Of a stretch of DNA of 64,000 bases, positions 17,285 through 27,466 are shown one piece after another (the first letter of the stretch is position 1; each line of letters starts with the position of its first letter). A model generated the notes under the pieces. The model was given only the letters and a program-made list of their open reading frames with translations, had not been told where the DNA came from and searched no databases. The translations under genes and the position numbers were made by a program. The stretch comes from Thermodesulfobacteriota bacterium (GTDB lineage: Bacteria; Desulfobacterota; Binatia; Bin18), in assembly GCA_964291405.2 (NCBI GenBank), contig OZ219926.1:1760001-1824000 (forward strand), in the 5' to 3' direction.

Positions 17285-19710
17285 GCCGGCTCTCCTTCAA
17301 GACGGGCCCCCAACTGCTGCCACAGCTTGTCGGGGGTCAGGGGTAATTCGGTGATCTCAAGACCCAGATGGCGGACGGCATCGGCTACTGCATTGGCAAT
17401 GGCAATCGGTGCGGTCTGGGCGGTGCTCTCCCCGACCCCTTTTGCTCCGGTTAGCGCCTGGGGAGTGGGCAGCACAATATGGTCCATCACAATATTGCTC
17501 GGCATTTCGCTCACCGTCGGACACAGATAATCCATCAGCGTTCCGGTCAGGAAATCACCCGTCTCGGTGTAGCGCAGTTCCTCGTACAGCGCGCCGGCTA
17601 GGCCATGCAAAATACCACCGGCAAGTTGCCCTCGGGCGATCTGTGGGTGCAGGATATTTCCGGCGTCATGCACGGTGATATAGTCGGTCACCCGGATATC
17701 GAGCGTCTCTTTATCGATCTCGACCACAGCCACGTCCGCAGTAAACGCATAGACCGCGGAAGAGTTCACCTGATCGTGCTCGTTCGGATAGTCGAGCTCG
17801 CTGGCAACAAACGTGCCCTCAACCTGAGTGGCTGTCTCCAGATGCGGTGGTAGTGTTCCGGTTGACCAGTGCAGGCGCGCCGCAACGTCTTTCAGGGACA
17901 GACCCAACTGCGCGTTATCGAGCGACACAATCCGGCCCGCCTGGATGCGGAGGCGACTCACGTCGCTGTCCAGGAAGTAGGCCGCCGCTTGGAGAAGATT
18001 CTCTTGCAACTGTCTGGCAGCAGCGACAATGGAACTGGCCCCGACCGCACCGAAACGACTGGAATAACTGCCCGAAGATACCGACCACGGCCTGGAACCG
18101 GTGTCCATCCCAGCGATGACCGTCACGTCCGCCGGCACAATATCCAGGGCCTGGGCAACAATAAACGCCGCAGTCGTTTCCTGTCCCTGCCCATGGGCCG
18201 CGGTCTCCAACTCAACCGTGATACCACCGGTTGCGTCCAAATAGATTCGGGTCGTCTGCGCCGAGCCAACCCGGACAAGGTTGGGACGGCGCTGCGTGGC
18301 TTTCTTACTCACATCGATATAACCCATATTCGAGCCCGAGGGATCTATCGCCACAGCCATGCCAACCCCGCGCCACACTGCAGCATCACTCGGAGTCGCA
18401 GTTCCCGTGGACTGACGCAGTTGCCAGTAATTGCTCAGTTCCAGCGCCCGCTGCGTGGCGCGGGGATAATCCCCGGAGTCGTACAGTCCGCCCGTCACCG
18501 TCCGGTAGGGGATATCCTGGGGCTGGATAAGATTTTGCAATCGGACCGTGGCCGGGTCTTTACCAAGCTTCAGGGCGAGCTCATCAATCGCACGCTCAAT
18601 CGGGAAATAGTGCTGTTGGCAGGCGTAGCCACGGTTCGGTCCGCTAGGACAGACATTCGTCATGACCGCCAGGGCGTTGACCTCAAGATGCTCGATCTTG
18701 TAGGCGTTCATAAAATTGCCGATCGGACGGAACAGGCAGCCGGGCTCCGGCGCACGAATATACGCCCCCACGTTGTCCATGAGGCGCATTTTGAGGCCGA
18801 GCAGTTGGCCATCATTACGGGCCGCGACTTCAATTTGCGTCACGCGGTCCGTTCCGGTCGAGCTGGCGCTGAGTGATTCCAGGCGGTCTTCGATCCACTT
18901 GACCGGCCGGCCGGCTTTCCGAGACGCCAGCGCCATCAAGGCCATATAGGGATACAGGGCGATCTTATTCCCAAACGAACCGCCGACATCCGGTGGCGTC
19001 ACCACCCGCAGCTTGCTGAGGGGAATCCGTAGCGCCCCGGCCAAAACCGCCAACATGCTATACGGCCCGTGGAAGTTGGCCCAAAAACTGACCTGAGACG
19101 CGGACGGATTCCAGCCTACGATAATCCCGTACGTTTCGAGTGGAAAGGATTGATAGCGAGGAAAAACATAGCGCTGCGAGAACACAATATCCGCCGCGCT
19201 GAAGACCGATACCACATCACCATAGGCGAGCTGACGATCAATGGCGACATTGGTTTCCAGTTCCTCGTGCAGGATGGGGGCCGAGGGCTGCATGGCCGCC
19301 TCAACATCAACGATGGCAGGCAGAGGCTCGTACTCTACCTCGATTGTATCTCGGGCGTCTTCGGCAACATAGCGGTCGGTGGCCACCACAACGGCGACCG
19401 GCTCGCCGACGTAGCGCACCTTGTCGATGGCGCAGGAGTAATACCGCCCCGGCCGTTCGGCAGCCACCGCAAACGGACGGCTCCACTCTTGGACTTCCCG
19501 ACCGGTCAGCACGGTTATGACCCCAGGCAGCGCAAGCGCGGCGCTTGGATTAATGTTGTGAATACGCGCGTGCGCATACGGGCTTCTGACCACCGCGGCA
19601 TGGGCAAGATTGGGGAGTGGATTGAGATCGGCAATATACTGGGCCTGCAGATCAAAGAGACGCCGTCCTTCTGTTGAGGGCGGGGCGGTGGTGAGTGAAT
19701 GCTGAGACAT
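17275..19710 (-). CDS. hmfA: xanthine-dehydrogenase-family molybdopterin subunit, HmfA-like
   Basis: RSPYAHARI, GGSFGNK, GAYIRAPEP, PSGSNMGY, SGSYSSRF, GAKGVGES. Confidence 0.75.
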   Translation of the reverse strand: MSQHSLTTAPPSTEGRRLFDLQAQYIADLNPLPNLAHAAVVRSPYAHARIHNINPSAALALPGVITVLTGREVQEWSRPFAVAAERPGRYYSCAIDKVRYVGEPVAVVVATDRYVAEDARDTIEVEYEPLPAIVDVEAAMQPSAPILHEELETNVAIDRQLAYGDVVSVFSAADIVFSQRYVFPRYQSFPLETYGIIVGWNPSASQVSFWANFHGPYSMLAVLAGALRIPLSKLRVVTPPDVGGSFGNKIALYPYMALMALASRKAGRPVKWIEDRLESLSASSTGTDRVTQIEVAARNDGQLLGLKMRLMDNVGAYIRAPEPGCLFRPIGNFMNAYKIEHLEVNALAVMTNVCPSGPNRGYACQQHYFPIERAIDELALKLGKDPATVRLQNLIQPQDIPYRTVTGGLYDSGDYPRATQRALELSNYWQLRQSTGTATPSDAAVWRGVGMAVAIDPSGSNMGYIDVSKKATQRRPNLVRVGSAQTTRIYLDATGGITVELETAAHGQGQETTAAFIVAQALDIVPADVTVIAGMDTGSRPWSVSSGSYSSRFGAVGASSIVAAARQLQENLLQAAAYFLDSDVSRLRIQAGRIVSLDNAQLGLSLKDVAARLHWSTGTLPPHLETATQVEGTFVASELDYPNEHDQVNSSAVYAFTADVAVVEIDKETLDIRVTDYITVHDAGNILHPQIARGQLAGGILHGLAGALYEELRYTETGDFLTGTLMDYLCPTVSEMPSNIVMDHIVLPTPQALTGAKGVGESTAQTAPIAIANAVADAVRHLGLEITELPLTPDKLWQQLGARLEGEPACT

Positions 19711-19755
19711 GACGCGAAGAAAAGCTATGGTATCAGCGTGAGGAGTTGAGTGGGT

Positions 19756-20238
19756 TCATTCGCTTTGGTCCCGTAACCGCTTGGCCGCTTCCACGATGCT
19801 CACATAGCCGGTGCAGCGGCAGATATGCCCGCCCAGCGTCTCGTGGATATCCCGGTCCAAGATCGGCTCCGGCGCGCTTTCCAGGAGATGATACAGGCTG
19901 AGGGTGAAGCCGGCCGTGCAAAAGCCGCACTGCATGGCAAACTGCTCAACAAAAGCCTGCCCGATCGTTTTTCCACGCTCGGTTTGCATGATCCCTTCAA
20001 GCGTGGTGATTTCATGGTCCGCCACCTGTGCTGCCAAACGCAGACAGGAACGAACGGGCAGGCCATCGAGTAGCACCGTACAGGCGCCACACACCCCATG
20101 CTCACACCCTAGATGCACACTCGTGCAGCCCGCCTCTTCGCGTAGAAAGTCAGCCAGCGTAGTGCGGACGTCGACCAGCGCTTCCACTGGCGTGCCGTTG
20201 ACCGCGGTCGTCACGATGGTTCGACGTTGAGGCTGCAC
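19756..20238 (-). CDS. hmfC: 2Fe-2S subunit (CoxS/HmfC-like)
   Basis: GCEHGVCGACTV, QCGFCTAGF, HICRCTGY. Confidence 0.8.
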   Translation of the reverse strand: MQPQRRTIVTTAVNGTPVEALVDVRTTLADFLREEAGCTSVHLGCEHGVCGACTVLLDGLPVRSCLRLAAQVADHEITTLEGIMQTERGKTIGQAFVEQFAMQCGFCTAGFTLSLYHLLESAPEPILDRDIHETLGGHICRCTGYVSIVEAAKRLRDQSE

Positions 20239-21129
20239 TTATGCGCTCCCAGCCGCGTTCTCTCTTTTCCCGTTCCACATGGCAACCGCATCCAGGCAGG
20301 CGCGCTTGACCATCACCCGAGCGAGTTGCTTCCGATACCCGGCAGAGGCATGCAGGTCGGCGTGACAGTCGAGCCCGGCGACCGCCGCTGCCGCGACCGC
20401 ATCGGCTTGGCCGTCAGACAGAGCCTGCTGTGTCAGCACGGCTTCAGCCTGCGCGACCCGGAGCGGTCGGTCTTCCACCCCAAACAGGACGACTCGGCTG
20501 TTTGCCAAACGGTCCGCCTCCAGCTCAGCCAGTACTATCGCGCCGGCCAGAGCAAAATCTCCCGCCCGCCGGGTATACTCCCGGACCCCCCACACCACGT
20601 TCTTGCGGATGGGGATACGGACTTCGGTCAGCAGTTCGCCGGACCGGACATCCGCGCTCAGAGGGCCCTGAAAAAAATCAACCGCTGGAATAGAACGCGC
20701 ACCGGACGGTCCGACGACACACAGTTCCGCCCCCAGCGCGCACATGGCCGCCGGCAGTTCTGCGGCCGGGTCGGCGTGAGCCAGACTCCCCCCAATTGTT
20801 CCCGCGTAACGAATGGGCGGATGACCGATCAGGCGCGTGGCCGCAGCCAAAACGGGAACGGTCTGCCGAATACGCATGTCCCGTTCGAGCCGGGACTGCC
20901 GGGTGAGTGCGCCAATATGCAGGTACTCACCCTCCTGGCGGATATAGCTCAACTCGTCCAGGCCGTTAATGTCCACAATAATGCCGGGGGTTGCCAGCCG
21001 CATATTGAGGAGCGGCATCAGACTCTGTCCGCCGGCGAGAATCTTGGCCTCATCGCCGTACTGAACCAGGGCCGCCATTGCCTGTTCGACTGACTCCGGG
21101 GCAATATACTCAAAAGGGGCAGGCTTCAT
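20239..21129 (-). CDS. hmfB: FAD-binding subunit (CoxM/HmfB-like)
   Basis: MKPAPFEY, LAGGQSLMPLLNMRL, GTIGGSLAHADPAAE, RRAGDFA. Confidence 0.8.
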   Translation of the reverse strand: MKPAPFEYIAPESVEQAMAALVQYGDEAKILAGGQSLMPLLNMRLATPGIIVDINGLDELSYIRQEGEYLHIGALTRQSRLERDMRIRQTVPVLAAATRLIGHPPIRYAGTIGGSLAHADPAAELPAAMCALGAELCVVGPSGARSIPAVDFFQGPLSADVRSGELLTEVRIPIRKNVVWGVREYTRRAGDFALAGAIVLAELEADRLANSRVVLFGVEDRPLRVAQAEAVLTQQALSDGQADAVAAAAVAGLDCHADLHASAGYRKQLARVMVKRACLDAVAMWNGKRENAAGSA

Positions 21130-21371
21130 GCGTCGTCCTTAACAGCCGGAGAAAGATATCGTCTGCGAACCCGCCTCTCCAACCTCGCGCGGGACTATAC
21201 TACGGATGGAATAGCCAGTCCAGGAAGTCGGGTGGTTGCGTCACCACACACGCTTGGCCTTCCAGCAGAGCGTTCCGCTCAGGCCCCCAGCGTTTCTCCC
21301 GTTGACCTACCCCCGGACAATCCATATGGATGGGAGAGCTAACGTCATTCTTTGCTGAAAGGAGTATGCGT

Positions 21372-22046
21372 ATGAGTGGTCAAGAAGCCGGGCTCAACAA
21401 CGAGCTCAAGCAGCAAATCGCAGCTTTCCAAAAGGAAATGCTGCCAAAAATTCCGCCGGCGATTCGTGAGGTGCTGGTCCGCACCACAGAGGATCAGGTG
21501 AAATCCGGCATCGCAGACAAAGCCCTGAAGGTCGGAGACAAAGCCCCCGACTTTACCCTGCCCAACGCCCGTGGCGAGGCGGTGACGCTGTCACAGCTCC
21601 TGGCCAAAGGACCGGCGGTCATTGCCTTTTATCGAGGCGCGTGGTGACCCTACTGCAACCTGCAGTTGCAGGCATATCAAAATCGTCTGGCCGAGATGCA
21701 GGCGCAGGGCGCCTCCCTGATCGCCATCTCGCCCCAAACCCCGGATAAATCGCTGACAGTTGCCGAAAAGAATGCGCTTCAGTTTGAGGTGCTCAGCGAC
21801 GCTGGCAATAGCGTCGCACGGCAGTTCGGGCTGGCCTTCCAATTTGTCGATGAGCTTCGGGAGACCTTCGAGAAAATGGGCATCCAACTGCCCGAATACA
21901 ACGGCGATGACGCCTGGGAACTGCCGATACCCGGCACCTATGTCATTGACCGGGACGGAACCATTCGGCTGGCCTATATCGATGCAAACTACACCACCCG
22001 GCTTGAACCGGGTGATATTGTTGAGAGTCTGCAAGGACTGAACTAG
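21372..22046 (+). CDS. peroxiredoxin-like AhpC/TSA selenoprotein (TGA 21645-21647 read as Sec)
   Basis: ORFs 21330..21647 and 21666..22046 are in frame. The join reads FYRGAW-U-PYCNLQL, the family WCPYC motif. Hairpin CTGCAAC-CTGCA-GTTGCAG at 21653-21671. Confidence 0.85.
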
Positions 22047-22074
22047 ACCTGTGCAGGCTGAATGAGAGCTTCAC

Positions 22075-23241
22075 ATGTATGTGACCCATCTCTCTTGTTC
22101 AGCCTGCGCATCCTGCCACACGCCCAATCAGCTCCATAACCTGTGTACCCAATGCGGTAAGCCGTTATTGGTTCACTACGATCTTGAGCGGGTCGCGGCC
22201 ACGTTCCGAAAAGACCGCCTACCCGCTCGCCCTGCAAGTCTGTGGCGTTATCAAGAGGTGCTGCCCGTTGTCCAGGCCACCAATATCGTCAGTCTGGGCG
22301 AAGGCTGGACACCGCTGCTGCACGCCCAGCGGCTGGGTGAACAACTCGGCATGGCGCGGCTCTATATCAAAGACGAGTCGTGCAATCCTACAGGATCGTT
22401 TAAAGCGCGCGGAATGTCCCTGGCCGTCTCGATGGCCAAAGAACTCGGAGTGAAAAAGCTGGCCGTTCCCTCGGCCGGGAATGCGGCGGGTGCGCTGGCA
22501 GCCTATGCTGCACGGGCCGGACTCGAAGCCTATATCTTCATGCCCAGGGATGTACCGCTGGCCAATCGGCTTGAATGCGAACGGACAGGGGCCCACGTCA
22601 GCCTTGTTGACGGCCTGATTACGGATTGTGGAAAGCTTATCACCGAACGTAAAGAGCAAGAGGGTTGGTTCGATGTCTCGACCCTGAAGGAGCCCTACCG
22701 TCTCGAAGGCAAGAAAACGATGGGCTATGAACTGGCAGAACAGTGCGGCTGGTCCCTGCCGGACGTCATTCTGTATCCCACGGGCGGAGGGACGGGGCTG
22801 ATCGGCATGTGGAAGGCCTTTGACGAAATGGAACAGCTCGGTTGGATCGACGCACGCCGGCCCCGCATGGTGAGCGTACAGGCGGCGGGCTGCGCCCCCA
22901 TTGTGCACGCCTTTGCTACTGGCGCGTCACACGGCGCGGAGATTCCCAGACCACATACCCTCGCCTCGGGCTTGCGCGTGCCCGCGGCGATTGGCGATTT
23001 CCTGATGCTTGATATTCTGCGCAAAAGCGGCGGTACGGCGGTGAGTGTCAGCGACGAGGAACTCCTGTCCGCAGTCGGAGAAATCGGCGCGGCCGAGGGC
23101 GTCTTTCCCGCACCGGAGGGGGCGGCCTGTCTGCCGGCCCTCAAGCGCCTGCTTCAGCAGGGCGCAGTCAAACAGGACGACCAAGTCGTCCTGTTCAATA
23201 CTGGTTCGGGGCTGAAGTATCTGGACGTGTTGTCTGCTTAG
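22075..23241 (+). CDS. thrC: threonine synthase
   Basis: [19 protein letters not shown] (PLP Lys), [32 protein letters not shown]. Confidence 0.88.
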   Translation: MYVTHLSCSACASCHTPNQLHNLCTQCGKPLLVHYDLERVAATFRKDRLPARPASLWRYQEVLPVVQATNIVSLGEGWTPLLHAQRLGEQLGMARLYIKDESCNPTGSFKARGMSLAVSMAKELGVKKLAVPSAGNAAGALAAYAARAGLEAYIFMPRDVPLANRLECERTGAHVSLVDGLITDCGKLITERKEQEGWFDVSTLKEPYRLEGKKTMGYELAEQCGWSLPDVILYPTGGGTGLIGMWKAFDEMEQLGWIDARRPRMVSVQAAGCAPIVHAFATGASHGAEIPRPHTLASGLRVPAAIGDFLMLDILRKSGGTAVSVSDEELLSAVGEIGAAEGVFPAPEGAACLPALKRLLQQGAVKQDDQVVLFNTGSGLKYLDVLSA

Positions 23242-23242
23242 C

Positions 23243-24928
23243 TCACGCCACCACGTTCGAGCGCAGCACGCGGCCGGACAGCGGGCCGGTCTGCTGCCCG
23301 TCTGAGAACAGTACCTGTCCGTTCAGGATCGTATGCGCGATTCCGGTCGACTTTTCGATATAGCGCAGTCCTCCACCGGGGAAATCGTGCACCGGCTCCT
23401 GTTTGCCGCAGTTGACGCTCTCTGGGTCGAAGACCACTAAGTCGGCGATCATGCCCGCAGCGACCGTCCCGCGCAGTGGAACGCCAAAGACCTGAGCGGG
23501 CACGGACGTCAACTTACGGATAGCCTCTTCAAGCGACAACATCTGTTTGTCGCGTACCAGCGTTCCGATCAGATAGGTCGAGTAGCCCGCCTCACAGCGC
23601 ATATCGGCGTGTGCCCCACCATCGGACAAACCGACCAGTGTATGCGGATGGGTGAGCATGTCTCTATTGACCTCTCCGAACTCGTACAAGAACTGCATGT
23701 CCAGATCGTCGTTGAGGGCCAGCTCGAAAAACAGCTCAAGCGGGTCTTTCCCTCGCTCGCGGCTCAGGCTGGCCAGGCTCTTGTCCAGCAGGGGTTGCAG
23801 CTCCGGCTTGTTGACCGTGAACACGCTCAGCTGCTCCCACTGTCCGGTAAAAATACGCGGCTGTTTCAGCTCTGCACGAAACGCGGCCCGAAAGGCAGGG
23901 TCGGCACATATACGCTGCTGCTCGTCCAAGGGTCGGTCGAAGATCGGCTTCCAGCAATCGAAATTGCCAAAGATAAACGGGCGCTTCAGACTGAAGCGGG
24001 CACTCTTGTAATGGCACGGCACCTGCCCCAGCGGCAGATAGCCCCGATCAAACAACGGCACCACCCGATTGACAGCGGCCTGCCAGGCGTCGGGGGGCGC
24101 TTCCGGCTTTTGCAGCAGCCCCAGCCACGTCACCGGCCGTTCACTGTGTAGCAGCAAAAAGGTCAGCAGGTCATACTCCTCATCAGACAAGAACCCGGGG
24201 CTCCGCGTGAGCGCAATCTCGATACTCCCCCGACCGAGTTTTTTGAGCACGCCGGATAAGGCCCCCAATTCGTCGCGACTGGCCATCCGGCTCGGCAGCG
24301 GTCGGCCTTGAAACCCAAGGTGCTGGGGGAGGACGGTTGTGGAAAAACCAAATGCGCCAGCGTCCATAGCCGCCTGGAAGAGCCCGCTGAGTTGTCGAAT
24401 CTCGGACTCCGTTGCCGCCCGCTCCTTGCTCTCCTCTCCGAGCACATACTGGCGCAACGGCGAGAGCGGCAGCATCATACCGACATTCATGCCTAGCCCG
24501 CGCTGGCCGATTGTGTTGAGGTATTCGTCAAAGCCCTGCCAGGACCAGTCAACCCCGCGTTGCAGAACTTCCAGGGACATGCCCTCGACGTTGACCAGAT
24601 CGCCCACAAGGGCTTCCCGGTCGGCAGGCTTGCACGGAGCAAGACCGACCCCACAGTTGCCCATGATAATAGAAGTCACACCGTGCCAGGACGAACACGT
24701 TGCCAGCGGGTCCCAGAGAATCTGGGCGTCGTAATGGGTGTGATGGTCGATAAATCCTGGGCATACGATCAGCCCACCAATGTCGAGGCTGGAGACTGCC
24801 TCGTGTGACGGAATATTGGCCTCAACCGCCGCAATCCGGTCTCCGCTCAGCGCCACGTCCGCGGCAAACCGCTCCCGTCCGGTTCCGTCGATAACGGTTC
24901 CCCCTTTGAGCACGACATCGTAGGACAT
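23243..24928 (-). CDS. N-acyl-D-amino-acid deacylase family amidohydrolase
   Basis: PGFIDHHTHYDAQILWDP, GNCGVGLAP, SDGGAH, ADLVVFDP. Confidence 0.88.
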   Translation of the reverse strand: MSYDVVLKGGTVIDGTGRERFAADVALSGDRIAAVEANIPSHEAVSSLDIGGLIVCPGFIDHHTHYDAQILWDPLATCSSWHGVTSIIMGNCGVGLAPCKPADREALVGDLVNVEGMSLEVLQRGVDWSWQGFDEYLNTIGQRGLGMNVGMMLPLSPLRQYVLGEESKERAATESEIRQLSGLFQAAMDAGAFGFSTTVLPQHLGFQGRPLPSRMASRDELGALSGVLKKLGRGSIEIALTRSPGFLSDEEYDLLTFLLLHSERPVTWLGLLQKPEAPPDAWQAAVNRVVPLFDRGYLPLGQVPCHYKSARFSLKRPFIFGNFDCWKPIFDRPLDEQQRICADPAFRAAFRAELKQPRIFTGQWEQLSVFTVNKPELQPLLDKSLASLSRERGKDPLELFFELALNDDLDMQFLYEFGEVNRDMLTHPHTLVGLSDGGAHADMRCEAGYSTYLIGTLVRDKQMLSLEEAIRKLTSVPAQVFGVPLRGTVAAGMIADLVVFDPESVNCGKQEPVHDFPGGGLRYIEKSTGIAHTILNGQVLFSDGQQTGPLSGRVLRSNVVA

Positions 24929-24943
24929 GGCTCTCTCCTTTTT

Positions 24944-25411
24944 TCACGGACGAGACGCTTGCTCGGTCTGCGGGCGCTTCTTGATCAAATAGGCGTGCGT
25001 GCCCTCAAGCACGACTTCATCGCGTTGATTGGTGATGCGGGTTTTGAGGCGCAGGACGCCGACCTTAGTCTTGGGAATGAGCTCGCTGACCTCAAGTTCC
25101 GGTCGGATGGTATCGCCAATCAAAACCGGTTTGAGAAACCGGGAAGACTGCTCAAGAAAGACCACCATCGACTCTTCAACCAGCGGCGACAGTTCGGACG
25201 CACCCAGCGCACCCATGGACGTGACCAGCAGGCCGTGCGTGACCCGTTTGCCGAAACGCGTAGCCTTGGCGTACTCGTCGTCATAGTGAATCGAATGGTT
25301 ATCGCCCGTCATGCCGGAGAAGAATAGAAAATGGGCATCGGTCAGGGTCTTGGCCGGCGAGCGAAAAACCTCGCCAACCTCGAAATCTTCAAAGTATTTG
25401 GTGGTTTTCAT
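24944..25411 (-). CDS. MaoC family dehydratase
   Basis: YFEDFEVG, TGDNHSIHYD, HGLL, FLKPVLIGDTI. Confidence 0.9.
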   Translation of the reverse strand: MKTTKYFEDFEVGEVFRSPAKTLTDAHFLFFSGMTGDNHSIHYDDEYAKATRFGKRVTHGLLVTSMGALGASELSPLVEESMVVFLEQSSRFLKPVLIGDTIRPELEVSELIPKTKVGVLRLKTRITNQRDEVVLEGTHAYLIKKRPQTEQASRP

Positions 25412-25804
25412 CTATTTCTCATCCAGCACGGCAATCGCATCGATTTCTATGAGCGCTTCCGGGCGCAGCAGCTCTTTGACCACGATCCCGGTTGCTGCGG
25501 GAAACCCGTTCGTAAAGAACTCGCGGCGCACCGCGGCGGTCCCGCGATAGCCTTCCTTGGTGGTGATATAGTCTACGGTCTTTACAATATCGTCGAAGCT
25601 CGCCCCGGCGGCGTCCAGGATCTTGCCGATCTTCTGAAAGATCTCGCGCGTCTGGGTCACGATATCTCCCGCACCAACAATTTCTCCCTTGGCATTAAAC
25701 GCGGTCAGGCCGGAAATAAACAGCAGATTCCCCTTGCGCACGGCGGGCGAGAAGGTATAGCGCTGGTCAAATCCCCAGGGATCAACGATTTCAAGTTTCG
25801 GCAT
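25412..25804 (-). CDS. RidA family protein
   Basis: FSPAVRKGNLLFISG, RREFF...PAAT, LIEIDAIA. Confidence 0.88.
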   Translation of the reverse strand: MPKLEIVDPWGFDQRYTFSPAVRKGNLLFISGLTAFNAKGEIVGAGDIVTQTREIFQKIGKILDAAGASFDDIVKTVDYITTKEGYRGTAAVRREFFTNGFPAATGIVVKELLRPEALIEIDAIAVLDEK

Positions 25805-25834
25805 AGACTAGTCTCTCCTCTCGTCCGCTCTCGA

Positions 25835-26386
25835 TTACGCCGTAGCGGCAGCGTGCAGATGCGGTCCGTCCAATTCAAGCTGCGCGGCAATCTCGGCTAG
25901 CGCCTCTTCGGCGCGCCCCCGAAAGTCCTCAGGTGTTTCTCCAGCCTTGATGTGCGGAATGACCACAATGGGAATCTCCGGCATGGCCATGGCTTTGGCC
26001 TGGTCTTGAGCCGCCACCAGGAAGGTATCAAACGCCACGACAATGGAACGCACCCCCCGTTTCCACAGTTTCGCTGCGTCGAGCATACAGCCCGACGTAC
26101 ACGACCCTCAGGCACACAGGCCGACAACGGCCTGCTGGGACGCGGCGGCCACCTCGTCCATCAACGCCTCGGGCGAAGGGCGGGTAAACACCGGCTTGCG
26201 CCAGATCGATGCGGCGCTTACAGACGGTTTCGCCTCCAGAAGCTCCTTGAGGCGTTCAAAGAACTTTCCGGCGATCTCGTTGCCAAAGCCATTATTAACC
26301 AATCCGACCACGCGGCCCGCAGCTGTATGATCGATTTTCTTCTCCGCGAACGGTCGTCGGACTCCGACGGGGCTGAGTACCCGCAT
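25835..26386 (-). CDS. UGSC-family selenoprotein, 183 aa (TGA 26110-26108 read as Sec)
   Basis: ORFs 26108..26443 and 25835..26086 are in frame. The join reads VVGLCA-U-GSCTSGCMLD. RBS GAGGTG before the ATG at 26386. Confidence 0.88.
26077..26097 (-). promoter_or_regulatory. candidate bacterial SECIS element
   Basis: mRNA CGUCGGGC-UGUAU-GCUCGACG: 8-bp stem starting 10 nt after UGA, loop starting at nt 19 with G in the second position. Confidence 0.7.
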
Positions 26387-26394
26387 ATGACACC

Positions 26395-27444
26395 TCACTG
26401 TTGAATTTCCTTGGTCACGGCAAACCCACCGAGTCCACCCCAACCCGGACAGATCGCCGCGAAATACGTTTCGCCTCCGGCAACGACAATATGGATATTC
26501 CGGGGCCGCTCGGTAATGGGTACCCGGTAGTCGTCATTGTCCTTCTCCACCCAACTCGGCCAGAACTGGTCTGATATTCCCAGAGCATCAACTTCTCGGA
26601 TATCCTCCAGTCTGGCCCGAGCGTGCTCCCAGAGATACACCCGAATCTCGGGCTTGGACCAGCCTTCGCGGTGAAACTGCCGCGCCTGCCAGGGATTCAG
26701 CACAACCAAGGTCTCTCCCATGGCCTGGACATTATTACTGCCCAAGCCGCTGAGTGAGCTGACCAGGGAGGCCAGCATCTGTTTGACCGTGCCGTAGCAT
26801 AAGACAGAGTGGGGTGCCTCACAGCTAAACACGGTCACGGCGTTTTTACCGGCTTCGATGCCGCACTCCACGTGTAGCGGCTCCCAGGGGTTTGCCTCTT
26901 CCTTTTCCGCAATGCAGAAACTCCACTTGCCGGGGTGGGCCTGAGTTGACTTATCCACCTCGCCCGGAACGTTCCCACCCAGATTCCAGAGGATCAAACG
27001 GATGGCGCGCCCAATGGTCCCGTTTGCCCGAAAGCCATTACCAAACACTCCATCGCCCGCGTTGAGCTTGAGTTGTGTCGCAATCGGACCATGGACAATG
27101 GTTAAGGGGACACAGCAGTGAGTGGTTGTTTGGACACCGTTCAGGTTGTGCTCGGGCTCCAGCATGGCCTCGACCGCCGCAATGATAACCGGGAAATACT
27201 CGGGCCGGCAGCCGGCCATGACGCTGTTAATCGCCAGCTTCTCAATCGTGGCAATACCTTGGGCCGGCGGAATCTCACCCAGTTCTTCGGTCGACGCGCG
27301 TCCCGAGGCCGCGATCATGGCCGCAACCAATTCTTCGGTCGGCGGAACAATAGCTAAGCCGTCGGTCCAGCCGCGCTCAAAGAACAGTTCGACTGCGGCG
27401 TGGTAGTCGTCAACGTCAATCTGCTCGGATGTGAACTGCATCAC
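26395..27444 (-). CDS. conserved hypothetical partner of UGSC proteins
   Basis: GWTDGLAIVPPT, AINSVMAGCRPEYFP, RANGTIGRAIRL, NPWEPLHV motifs, typical of the gene beside UGSC selenoproteins. Confidence 0.8.
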   Translation of the reverse strand: MMQFTSEQIDVDDYHAAVELFFERGWTDGLAIVPPTEELVAAMIAASGRASTEELGEIPPAQGIATIEKLAINSVMAGCRPEYFPVIIAAVEAMLEPEHNLNGVQTTTHCCVPLTIVHGPIATQLKLNAGDGVFGNGFRANGTIGRAIRLILWNLGGNVPGEVDKSTQAHPGKWSFCIAEKEEANPWEPLHVECGIEAGKNAVTVFSCEAPHSVLCYGTVKQMLASLVSSLSGLGSNNVQAMGETLVVLNPWQARQFHREGWSKPEIRVYLWEHARARLEDIREVDALGISDQFWPSWVEKDNDDYRVPITERPRNIHIVVAGGETYFAAICPGWGGLGGFAVTKEIQQ

Positions 27445-27466
27445 CCCTCCAGGCCGTCCTCTGATG

